A stretch of 64,000 bases of DNA from Candidatus Multivorans sp. (GTDB taxonomy: Bacteria > Acidobacteriota > Thermoanaerobaculia > Multivoradales > Multivoraceae). The notes beneath the pieces were generated by a model. It ran no database searches and was not told where the DNA came from. It saw only the letters and a program-made list of their open reading frames with translations. A program made the translations under genes and the position numbers. The stretch lies in NCBI GenBank assembly GCA_965247095.1, contig OZ251997.1, forward strand, positions 3,552,001-3,616,000. The letters are read 5' to 3'. Positions 13,547-21,927 of the stretch are shown here, piece after piece. Positions within the stretch are counted from its first letter, which is position 1; every line of letters starts with the position of its first letter.

Positions 13547-14284
13547 TCAGTCAAGCGTGCGCGCCGGCACGAAGACGATGACCCCCGACGCGCCCGCGGC
13601 CCGCAGGCACCGGGCGGCCCGACCGGCCGTGGCGCCCGTGGTGACGACATCGTCGACCAGGAGGACGACGCGGCCACGGACGTCGGCGGGGCGGGCGCAG
13701 TGGAACACGACGGTCGGGTTGGCCAGCCGCTGGCGCCGGCTCCGTCCGACCTGGGGCCGGCCCAGGGTCCGCCGCCGCAGCACGGAGCGCAGGGGGCGCT
13801 CGAGCTGCCTGGCCAGCGGGCGGGCGATCGACTCGGCATGGTTTCGGCCGCGGACGAGGCGGCGGCGCCAGTGCATCGGCATCGGGACGATCAACTCCGC
13901 GCGGCGCAGTTCCATTCCCAGCACGCCCACCGCCTCGGCCGCGATGTGGCGCCCCAGGTAGTCGAGGCGGTGGTGCTTCAGTCCCAGGATCACCTGGTCG
14001 ATCGGCGACCGGTACGCCCAGAGCCAGAAGAAGGCGTCGCAGCCCTCCAGCCGGTCACCGGCCGCGGCGCCGCGCGGAGGCGGCTCAAGCAGGCGGCGGC
14101 AGTCCGGGCACAGGCTGAGCTGCCGCTGGGCCGGAGCGGAGCAGGCGAGACAGACCCGGGGCAGGAGCAGGTGAAGGGCGAACGCAAGGAGCCGCCGCGC
14201 GCAGTTCGTGGCGCTCCGGCCGAGGCGGAGCGCCGCGGCCCGGGCCAGCCGCGAACCTGTCCGTGCGCCCGTCATCGGGCGCAC
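13547..14284 (-). CDS. comF: ComF family phosphoribosyltransferase-like competence protein
   Basis: Zn ribbon CLAC..CPDC, VPMPMHWRR, RGRNHAE and LLVDDVVTTGAT; start uncertain. Confidence 0.88.
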   Translation of the reverse strand: MRPMTGARTGSRLARAAALRLGRSATNCARRLLAFALHLLLPRVCLACSAPAQRQLSLCPDCRRLLEPPPRGAAAGDRLEGCDAFFWLWAYRSPIDQVILGLKHHRLDYLGRHIAAEAVGVLGMELRRAELIVPMPMHWRRRLVRGRNHAESIARPLARQLERPLRSVLRRRTLGRPQVGRSRRQRLANPTVVFHCARPADVRGRVVLLVDDVVTTGATAGRAARCLRAAGASGVIVFVPARTLD

Positions 14285-14456
14285 GGAAGGACGTTTTGGC
14301 GCCGAGATCCGTAGAACGAGGTAGGCAATCTTCCGGTGGGTGGGCCGTTCTGGGTCATTCCTGCCGACAAGGACGGATTTCGCCCGCCCTTTTGGGGTGC
14401 TGGGTGTTGTGGGGTGCTGGTTGCTAGAGTCCCGGCGCGCCTATAAGGAGATTCAC

Positions 14457-15035
14457 TTGACCGCATCGGATCCTCAGTCCCGTCCCGGGCGCGTGCGCCA
14501 GTGGGCGCCGCGACGCGCTTGCCGCCCCGTCGTCCTGTTGCTGGCGACGGTCCTCCTGCTGCTCGCCGGCGTGGGCACGGTCGCAGCCCAGGAGCGGTAC
14601 AGCTACACCGTCACGCTCAGCCCGACGATCGGCGGCAGTTTCAGCGAGGGAACCGACAACGGAGGCGTCCAGGCCGCGTTCTCCTGGCGCACGCAGCCGC
14701 GCACCGCGGTCGGGATTCGTCTCGGCAGCATCGGTCTCAGCGACGATCAGGTGGGCTCTTTTTTGAGCCCGACCTTCCGCTACGTGACGATCGCGGGCGA
14801 GTACCGCTTCCAGGAGCTCTACTACCAGTCCGGTGTGTTCTTCGGCCTCGGCCTCTACCAGCTCGGCAACGGCGTGGACTCGGAGGAGGGCGCCGGCCTG
14901 ACGCTCGGCGTCTCCGGCGACTTCCCGATCAACGAGCGTCTGTCGGTGATCGTGGAGCTCTCGGGCCACTACGCGGACATCGATGCCGCCGGCACCTACG
15001 CCGCCGTCCACGCGGGCGTGGCGTACCAGTTCTAG
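14457..15035 (+). CDS. Small outer-membrane beta-barrel protein
   Basis: AAGGAG then TTG at 14457; signal peptide ending in AAQ, amphipathic strands and terminal AYQF. Confidence 0.72.
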   Translation: MTASDPQSRPGRVRQWAPRRACRPVVLLLATVLLLLAGVGTVAAQERYSYTVTLSPTIGGSFSEGTDNGGVQAAFSWRTQPRTAVGIRLGSIGLSDDQVGSFLSPTFRYVTIAGEYRFQELYYQSGVFFGLGLYQLGNGVDSEEGAGLTLGVSGDFPINERLSVIVELSGHYADIDAAGTYAAVHAGVAYQF

Positions 15036-15127
15036 GAGCGTTCCAGGAGCCAAGGGCCGGGCGGATCGTCGCCCCGATTGGCAGCTTGCGCCGGAGACTG
15101 CTGCCAACTGATATGTTCGCCGCTGTC

Positions 15128-15484
15128 ATGCCTCTCTACGAGTACCAGTGCAGGGAGTGCGAGGCCACGCTGGAGGCGATCCAGGCGTTCGCCGCGCCGC
15201 CGCTTGAGGAGTGTCCGGAGTGCGGCCGGAGCAGCCTGAAGAAGCTGCTCTCCGCGCCCGCAATCCAGTTCAAGGGCAGCGGCTGGTACGTGAACGACTA
15301 CGCCCGCAAGGACAAGAGTGCGGCCGGGGAAGCCAAGTCCGACGGCGCTGCGGCGAGCGGCAACGGCTCGGGCAGCAACGGCAAGTCCGAGGCGAAGGAG
15401 TCGTCCTCGGACTCGGGCAAGAAGGCCGGCGCCTCGACCTCCTCCGCGAAGAGCGACGGTTCCAAGGCCGCCGCGGCCTCGTAG
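15128..15484 (+). CDS. FmdB-family zinc-ribbon protein
   Basis: MPLYEYQCREC...CPECG...FKGSGWYVNDY followed by a low-complexity S/K/A tail. Confidence 0.9.
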   Translation: MPLYEYQCRECEATLEAIQAFAAPPLEECPECGRSSLKKLLSAPAIQFKGSGWYVNDYARKDKSAAGEAKSDGAAASGNGSGSNGKSEAKESSSDSGKKAGASTSSAKSDGSKAAAAS

Positions 15485-15533
15485 CGGCGTCCGGCGCGCC
15501 GTCCTCCAAAGCTGCCGGGCGTTGCTGGCGCCG

Positions 15534-15588
15534 TGGCGGAAGCGCATGGGAATCGAACCCACCCCCGGTGACGCATTACGCCCCGGAC
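15534..15588 (-). repeat. Duplicate of the 3' 55 bp of tRNA-Sec (att-like scar or tRNA pseudogene)
   Basis: Identical to 15611..15665 except for one C/T difference. Confidence 0.9.
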
Positions 15589-15610
15589 CAGCGACTTGTG
15601 AAGACGCCGG

Positions 15611-15710
15611 TGGCGGAAGCGCATGGGAATCGAACCCACCCCCGGTGACGCATCACGCCCCGGACAACGGTTTTGAAGACCGCAGGAGGCACCAGCCCCC
15701 GAGCGCTTCC
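15611..15710 (-). tRNA. selC: tRNA-Sec (anticodon TCA)
   Basis: Reverse complement GGAAGCGC...GGTCTTCAAAACC...GGTTCGATTCCC...GCGCTTCCGCCA; about 100 nt with a long variable arm, extended acceptor stem and encoded CCA. Confidence 0.93.
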
Positions 15711-15777
15711 GCCGGGCAGCATATCCTCCGCCCACCGGTTCAGCGCCGGACTCCACGACCGAAACAGGAGCGCAACG

Positions 15778-16380
15778 ATGAGGATCCTGACCGCCAACCC
15801 ACTGCCCCGCGTGCCGGCGCTCGGTCTGACGCTCCTGCTTCTGGCCTGCGGCCCCGACGCGCCCGCCCAGGGAAACGCCGGCGCCGAGGAGGGAGCGCGG
15901 GCCGTCGAGCTGTCGGCGCCGGTCGGCGCCAACGGCATCTCGATCGCACTGCCGGCGGCGTGGAACCGGGTCGAACCCCGATCGCAAATGCGCATGCTGG
16001 AGGCGGAGATTCCCGGTTCGAGCGGTTCGGGCGAGATCTCGATGTACTACTTCGGGCCCGGCGGCGGCGGCGGCGCGGCGGCGAACGTCGAACGCTGGAA
16101 GAGCCAGGTCGTCCTCGAAGCCGGCGCGCCCGAGCCCATCACCCAGAGCCGGGAGAGCAATGGCGTCCGCCGCATCTGGATCGAGCTCGAGGGCACGGTC
16201 AAGGCGAGCACGATCGGGAGCTTCCCGACCACGGACCAGCCGAACTTCGCGCTCTACGGCGCGGTCATCGAAGCGCCCGGCGGCCCCTGGTTCCTGCGCG
16301 CCGTCGGGCCCGCCGCGACGATGCGAGAGCAGCGTCAGGCGTTCCTGGCGATGCTCGACAGCGCCAGCCCGGAGGGCTGA
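15778..16380 (+). CDS. Putative lipoprotein of unknown function
   Basis: Lipobox LLAC; conserved-looking YFGPGGGGG..ANVERWKSQ and GGPWFLRAVGP. Confidence 0.75.
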   Translation: MRILTANPLPRVPALGLTLLLLACGPDAPAQGNAGAEEGARAVELSAPVGANGISIALPAAWNRVEPRSQMRMLEAEIPGSSGSGEISMYYFGPGGGGGAAANVERWKSQVVLEAGAPEPITQSRESNGVRRIWIELEGTVKASTIGSFPTTDQPNFALYGAVIEAPGGPWFLRAVGPAATMREQRQAFLAMLDSASPEG

Positions 16381-16409
16381 GGGCGGCTGCGGCTTCAGGC
16401 CGACCGGAA

Positions 16410-16485
<76 letters not shown>

Positions 16486-16528
16486 ACGGTTCGGCGGCGC
16501 GCGAGTGTAGCAGCAGGCTACGGGCCTG

Positions 16529-17800
16529 TTAGCCGGTAGCCTGGCCGCTTGCGATGAGCGGATGCCGGCGTTGCGGCCACTCCAACAACGGCAGCACCTC
16601 GCACCACTCGCCGGCAGCGGCCGGGGCACTGAACTTCTGCACCCGCACGAGGCCGGCGCCGGCGCCGTAGGCGACCAGGTCGTGGGAACCGAGCGGCGGC
16701 CGGGGGTCGGCCAGCACCATCCCTGACTCGATCCGGAGCCGGCAGGGCAGGAAACGGTCTCGCCACTTCGCGCCCGGCAGCTCGCCCTCGAGCCGTGCCC
16801 GCAGCGCGCCCTGCCAGAAGCCGTCGTCCCCTCCGGTCATGCGCCGCAACAGCGGCCGCACAAGCAGCCAGTACGTGACCATGGCCGAGGCGGGGTTGCC
16901 GGGCAGACCGAACACCCATCCCCGATCGTGGCGGGCGGCCACCAGGGGTTTGCCGGGCTGGATCGCGACCGCGTCGAACAGGATGCGGCAGCCGAGACCG
17001 GTGTTGCCCAGGACCTGCTCGACGAAGTCGAACTCACCCATGGAGACGCCGCCGGAGATCAGCAGCACGTCCGATTCCAGGCCGCGCTCGGCCTTGGCTT
17101 GCAGTTCGGCGGGATCGTCCCGCGCAATGCCGAGCGAGCGGGCCTCGATGCCGAGTTGCGAGAGCGCGGCCCGGAGGAAGTCCCGGTGCGAATCGCGGAG
17201 TTGCCCCGGACCGGGGTCCGCCTCGGCCGGCACGACCTCATCGCCGGTCGAGAGCGTGGCGACCGTCGGCCGGCGGTAGACCGGCGCTTCGTGGATGCCG
17301 TGGGTCGCCAGCACGCCCGCTCCGCCGGGTGTCAGCAGTTCCCCCGCTGCCAGCAGCAGCCCGCCGGACGCGGTGACCTCGGCCTGCCGGCGGATGTGGC
17401 TGTCTGCCGGCGCCGGTTCCACGATGCGGACCGCGCCCGTCGGGTCGTCCGTGCCATCGTCGGCCTCGAACTCGGTCTGCTCGATCGGGATCACCCGGTC
17501 CGCCCCGGCCGGCACGGGCGCTCCGGTCATGATCCGCATGGCTGCGCCGCGTCGAAGTTCCGCTCCCGGCGGGTCGCCCGCGGCGACGATTCCCTCGACC
17601 GGCAGGAGGGTTCCGGGCTCGACGTCCGCGCCGAGGGCGAAGCCGTCCATCGCGGAGACATCGTGGGCGGGAACGTCCACGGTCGCGGTCAGGTCTTCGG
17701 CCAGAACGCGGCCGATCGCGTCGGCGCGGGAGACTCGCTCGCCTTCGAGCGTCTGCGCCTGCGCGGCGATGGCGGTCCAGGCGTCCTCGGGCGACAACAT
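16529..17800 (-). CDS. moeA: Molybdopterin molybdenumtransferase
   Basis: SAMDGFA, IMTGAPVP, STGDE, SGGVSMGEFD, QPGKP and GLPGNP. Confidence 0.95.
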   Translation of the reverse strand: MLSPEDAWTAIAAQAQTLEGERVSRADAIGRVLAEDLTATVDVPAHDVSAMDGFALGADVEPGTLLPVEGIVAAGDPPGAELRRGAAMRIMTGAPVPAGADRVIPIEQTEFEADDGTDDPTGAVRIVEPAPADSHIRRQAEVTASGGLLLAAGELLTPGGAGVLATHGIHEAPVYRRPTVATLSTGDEVVPAEADPGPGQLRDSHRDFLRAALSQLGIEARSLGIARDDPAELQAKAERGLESDVLLISGGVSMGEFDFVEQVLGNTGLGCRILFDAVAIQPGKPLVAARHDRGWVFGLPGNPASAMVTYWLLVRPLLRRMTGGDDGFWQGALRARLEGELPGAKWRDRFLPCRLRIESGMVLADPRPPLGSHDLVAYGAGAGLVRVQKFSAPAAAGEWCEVLPLLEWPQRRHPLIASGQATG

Positions 17801-17974
17801 GGCGCTCTTGTTATCCGAGCGGCCGCGGCGCCCTCAATGGCGGCCGCGGCCCATGAAGCCGGCCCAGTTCACGGTGCTGACTTGCCACCTCCCGCTCGGG
17901 GTCGGTGGCGAAGCGCCCAGACGCCGCGCACGACCGGCTCGTACCAGAATCCCCATAGGCAGTGAGGAGGAAGA

Positions 17975-19249
17975 TCAATAGGAGATGATCTCGGCGATGC
18001 GGTGGTTCTGAATCTGGCGCCGGATGACCTCAGAGGAAACGAGGAACTCATGGGCGAAATCATCAATCTGTTCGCTATCCACGCGCTGGGTGTTGATTCG
18101 ACTATCTAGCGAAGCGGAGGGAGCAAGAAACTCCGCTGCGAATGCCCGCGCCCGCGCCTGAGAGTCGGTTGCCACCGCACTGAGCAGGCTGAACTCGGCT
18201 GTAGGCCGTCCGAGGAAATCACCGAGTGCCCGAGCTTGGAGGAACCGAGTGCCTGTCTGTCGGCGTCGTGCTATTACGCATTGAGGAGTATCGGCTCCAA
18301 CGAGTCCATGAAGTCGCGCAGTCGGTACTTCTCTTGACTCGTAAGGGATGGCCAGTGGGCCGTTGTCAAGGTCGATGGAGCCACCATTGGCCCCGATCCT
18401 TTCTCGTACTGCGCGCGCCGTCTCGTAGCCCCAAGTCCACGGTTCAGGACCGAAAGTCGGCAGTTGCAACCCTTGGCGGATTCTTGGCCACTCGCTGCTT
18501 CTCTGCACTGCTTGGACGGTCCTCCTGGCATCCTCCAGCCAGTTGGTGATGGATGTCAACTCCAAGCCCTTGGCTACGGCTAGTGCATCCTCTCGAACAG
18601 ACGCGTCCGTACCGTTCCAGAAGCCTATGATGAGTTCCGCGACGTGATCTTCCACGTCAAAGGGGTCAACTCCGAAGAGCGCAGCAGCTCGACTGAATTC
18701 GAGTTCGCTGTCGTCAAGGTTGTTGATGGCGCTCCAGTTGCGGCTAAGGTCTTCGGCGGCAACCGCAGTTTCGGCATCTTCCTGGAGCCGGTTCAGCACG
18801 GCATCAATAAGTTTGCGGAACTCGGCTTCAAGCTCCTCTCGTTCGACTACTAGGCTTCCCTCTTGGAGGAAAGCGACTTGGGCGTACTGTAGGTCACTCC
18901 GAACCCACCTCAGTTGCATTCGGGTTTCCGAAGCGGGAGTGATGGTGAGTTCGGGCAATGCGAATCCACTTCCGGCCCAAGCCAGATTGTGTCGGGACGC
19001 GAACTCCGGATCCTGCCCTTCCATGTCTGCGACTTCGTACCGAATGTGGCACCAGTTGGCAACCAACCAGTCGGCAATGTTGAATAGCGGGATGATGACC
19101 GATTCCCGGTAGGTGTTGGTCAGGCGGTCAACGACTGCCGTGATTGCTGTCTTGTCCGCCGTGATGCGGAGTTCAGCCATAGTGAGCTCAGAGAGCCTGT
19201 CGGGTGACGAACCTGGATCGAACCAGTCAAACTCGAAGCGCACGGTCAT
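17975..19249 (-). CDS. Hypothetical protein with a C-terminal degenerate ImmA/IrrE (DUF955)-like domain
   Basis: RFLQARALGD in place of RFTLAHELGH, ARAFAAEFLAP and FAHEFLVSSEVIRRQI; lower GC than the flanks. Confidence 0.72.
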   Translation of the reverse strand: MTVRFEFDWFDPGSSPDRLSELTMAELRITADKTAITAVVDRLTNTYRESVIIPLFNIADWLVANWCHIRYEVADMEGQDPEFASRHNLAWAGSGFALPELTITPASETRMQLRWVRSDLQYAQVAFLQEGSLVVEREELEAEFRKLIDAVLNRLQEDAETAVAAEDLSRNWSAINNLDDSELEFSRAAALFGVDPFDVEDHVAELIIGFWNGTDASVREDALAVAKGLELTSITNWLEDARRTVQAVQRSSEWPRIRQGLQLPTFGPEPWTWGYETARAVRERIGANGGSIDLDNGPLAIPYESREVPTARLHGLVGADTPQCVIARRRQTGTRFLQARALGDFLGRPTAEFSLLSAVATDSQARARAFAAEFLAPSASLDSRINTQRVDSEQIDDFAHEFLVSSEVIRRQIQNHRIAEIISY

Positions 19250-19638
19250 GGGAGTCCTCGTACTCCCTCGTTTCGCTCCAAGGGGTATCCGTGGTACTCG
19301 CCCGAACCAGGTGATCCTTGGCGAGCTTCAAAGATGATCTCGCCTTCGCGGCGCCAGGCGTATCTCGGGTAACCGGCTTCCCATGCACCGGTATTGCCGG
19401 AGCGGATGGCATCTCGTAGCCACAGCTCGACAAGGTCGGGGCGCTCGGTCAAGTGGACAGGACAGAGCGAGGCCGTGGGGCGAGATCGTGGCGGTCCTGC
19501 AGGCGTTGGAATGCTCCGGTGGTAGGGACTTTCAACGTACTTACAGGACTCGGCGACTCGTGCCAAGTCCTTGCCTTTTGGTGCGGGCTTCACCTTGCGC
19601 GCCCTCACGCTACCGCGCTGAAATCTCGGTGGTCTCAA
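19246..19638 (-). CDS. Small basic hypothetical protein ending in EYHGYPL (toxin/RNase-like candidate)
   Basis: 130-aa ORF with an ATGA overlap to the next gene; YPRYAW and YHGYP motifs. Confidence 0.7.
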   Translation of the reverse strand: MRPPRFQRGSVRARKVKPAPKGKDLARVAESCKYVESPYHRSIPTPAGPPRSRPTASLCPVHLTERPDLVELWLRDAIRSGNTGAWEAGYPRYAWRREGEIIFEARQGSPGSGEYHGYPLERNEGVRGLP

Positions 19639-19750
19639 GGTCTCGCCTTTGAGGAATCGGAGAGTGGTCTCCGAGCATCAAGCAACGCATGGGGACGGCT
19701 TCGCCTTGCGGGCGCTCGGTCTCGTTGGCCGTGCGGCGATTATAGACCGG

Positions 19751-19858
19751 CTACGCAGCCTTGCCCGTCAGGCTCTTGTAGGTGAGTCGTCGGCCGATCA
19801 TCCCGATGAAGAGGAGCGTCATCTGTTCGATCGTGTCCAGCTCGCGAACGTTCTGGCG
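19751..19858 (-). pseudogene. C-terminal remnant of an IS1595-family-like transposase
   Basis: Manual translation RQNVRELDTIEQMTLLFIGMIGRRLTYKSLTGKAA* resembles the G(K/R)RLTY C-terminus of IS1595 transposases. Confidence 0.65.
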
Positions 19859-19944
19859 CTTTGTTCTTGCGTCGCCATTTTCGCTGAGGACGGTGCACTA
19901 TAGGTTCGTACCGTCGGCTAGGGGCGCTCGTTGACACGGAGGCA

Positions 19945-21087
19945 TCACCCGATCTGCGTCAAAGCCGAGTACATCGGCAGGTACATCGAGATCACGATGG
20001 CGCCGATGATGATGCCGAGGACGCTGATCAGCGCGGGTTCGAGGAGCTTCATCATGCTGTCGACGTCGTTGTCGACCTCCTCCTCGTAGAAGTCGGCGAT
20101 GCGGGTGAGCATGGGGCTCAGGGTGCCGGTCTGCTCGCCGACGTAGACGATCTGGCAGAGCATGGCGGGGAAGATTTTCGCGTGGCGCAGCGACTGGTTG
20201 ATCGGACGGCCCTGTTCGACTTCCCGGCGCACCTTGCGGAGGGCGCCTGCGACCACGACGTTGCCGGCGGCGTCGGCGGCAATGGACAGCGCGCTCAGGA
20301 TCGGAATGCCCGAGGAGAGCAGGATGGACAGGGTGCGGCAGATGCGTCCGGTGGCGATCCGCAGCATGAGCTTGCCGACGACGGGCAGCCGCAGCAGCAG
20401 ACGGTCGGCCGCCTCCCGGCCCCGCCGCGTACGGAGCAGCCGGTTCGCGGCAAACCCGGCCGCAGCGGCGAGCGCGAGCAACACGAGCACGTAGGCGCCG
20501 ATGAACTCGCTGACGCCGACCACGAGCCGGGTCAGGAGCGGCAGGTCGCCGCCGATGTCGTCGAAGAGGTGCTGGAACACCGGGATCACCTTCCACAGGA
20601 TCAGGAACACGACCGCGGTGGCAACGGTGAGGATGGCGGCCGGATAGGTCAGGGCGGAACGCACCTGGTTGCGTAGCTTGGCGACCTTCTCGATGTGGCT
20701 CGCCAGCCGATCCATCACCGTGTTCAGAGCGCCGCTGGCCTCGCCCGACGCGACCAGGTTGACGTAGAGATCGCCGAAGACGCGCGGCCGGCTCTTCATT
20801 GCGTCGGCCAGGCCGGCGCCCGCTTCGACTTCCGAGCGGACCTCGAGCAGGATCGAGCGCAGGCCCGGGTGCTGGCCCTCGACGCTGAGGATCTCGAGGC
20901 TCTGGAGCAGGGGCAGGCCGGCGTCGAGCAGCACCGCGAACTGGCGGCTGAAGACGGCGAGCGTCTTCGGGCCGACGCGCTGGCCCGGCCGCCACCAGGC
21001 CGGGCGGCGAGCCTTCGGGGGTGCGTCCTCGTCGACCTTCGGGTCCGGTACGAGGGGCTCGTCGTCGTCGAGCCAGCGCGGGAGCAT
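19945..21087 (-). CDS. pilC: Type IV pilus / T2SS inner-membrane platform protein (PilC/GspF)
   Basis: FSRQFAVLLDAGLPLLQSL, GEASGAL, SALTYP, GEQTGTL and LLEP..YLPM. Confidence 0.92.
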   Translation of the reverse strand: MLPRWLDDDEPLVPDPKVDEDAPPKARRPAWWRPGQRVGPKTLAVFSRQFAVLLDAGLPLLQSLEILSVEGQHPGLRSILLEVRSEVEAGAGLADAMKSRPRVFGDLYVNLVASGEASGALNTVMDRLASHIEKVAKLRNQVRSALTYPAAILTVATAVVFLILWKVIPVFQHLFDDIGGDLPLLTRLVVGVSEFIGAYVLVLLALAAAAGFAANRLLRTRRGREAADRLLLRLPVVGKLMLRIATGRICRTLSILLSSGIPILSALSIAADAAGNVVVAGALRKVRREVEQGRPINQSLRHAKIFPAMLCQIVYVGEQTGTLSPMLTRIADFYEEEVDNDVDSMMKLLEPALISVLGIIIGAIVISMYLPMYSALTQIG

Positions 21088-21193
21088 CGGTCAATCTCTC
21101 CGGGAGGTTGCAGCCCGCGCCCGGGAAGCGGGCGAAGCGTGGCGTACGCCCGCGCGGCGCCCCGTGCCGTTCCCGCCGCGCCGCCGGGTTCGT

Positions 21194-21853
21194 CTATTCG
21201 GGCTGGGCTTCGTCCGCCGGCGGCTCGGGGATGGCCACTTCCGTTTCCCCGAGCAGCACCAACAACTGCGTAATGCGCCCGCGGCTGTCGCCGTCGTCGC
21301 CGGCCGGGTGCTGGGAGACCAGGGTGACGAGCCGGTTCTCCAGCGGATGCAGCATGAACAGCCGGATCTGCTGCTGGGTGACGGCGTCGTCGCCCAGGAA
21401 GCGTCCTCGGGTGTACCGGGCCGGCCCGAGCGGACCGATAATCTGCCGGCCCGCGAGGTGGACGCCTTCCGGCATCCCCTCGTAGAACGGCTTGTGGCCC
21501 TTCGCCACGTCGTCGATCTCGATGCCGAAATCGCTGGGCTCGCCGACTTCCAGCCAGATGCTGCCCGGCGGCCCGGCGGGCGTCTCCGTGGTCTCGAGTA
21601 GTTCGCAGGCGAGCTCGAACGGTAGCTCGCTCGGCTCGACGTGGGTGCAGCCGTCCGGCAGGGCGTTGAAGGCGAGCGCCTCCTCCTCCAGGACGATCCG
21701 CACCGGACCGGTTTCCTCCGGTTCCGCCGCGCTCTGACAGCCGATGAGTACAGTCGAGACACCTGTACAGACCAAGACGAAAACAGCGGTGCGGAACGCG
21801 GTGCCGAGGGGCCCGCGGCCCGGCGCAGCAGGGGTCAGGTGGCGCCTGAACAT
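21194..21853 (-). CDS. Putative lipoprotein
   Basis: Basic N-terminus, hydrophobic stretch and lipobox LIGC. Confidence 0.7.
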   Translation of the reverse strand: MFRRHLTPAAPGRGPLGTAFRTAVFVLVCTGVSTVLIGCQSAAEPEETGPVRIVLEEEALAFNALPDGCTHVEPSELPFELACELLETTETPAGPPGSIWLEVGEPSDFGIEIDDVAKGHKPFYEGMPEGVHLAGRQIIGPLGPARYTRGRFLGDDAVTQQQIRLFMLHPLENRLVTLVSQHPAGDDGDSRGRITQLLVLLGETEVAIPEPPADEAQPE

Positions 21854-21927
21854 GGCGGGGACAGTACCATGCGGACCACCGCCAAACCCTGCTGCGGGGT
21901 GGTGAATGACCTACGGAGGAAGTCACG

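Noticed and set aside
15534-15665. Possible CRISPR array
   Set aside because: Only two copies, both tRNA-derived, and no cas genes.
21854-21927. RiPP/lasso precursor for the ligase operon
   Set aside because: No convincing small ORF upstream or downstream, and no RRE or peptidase gene.
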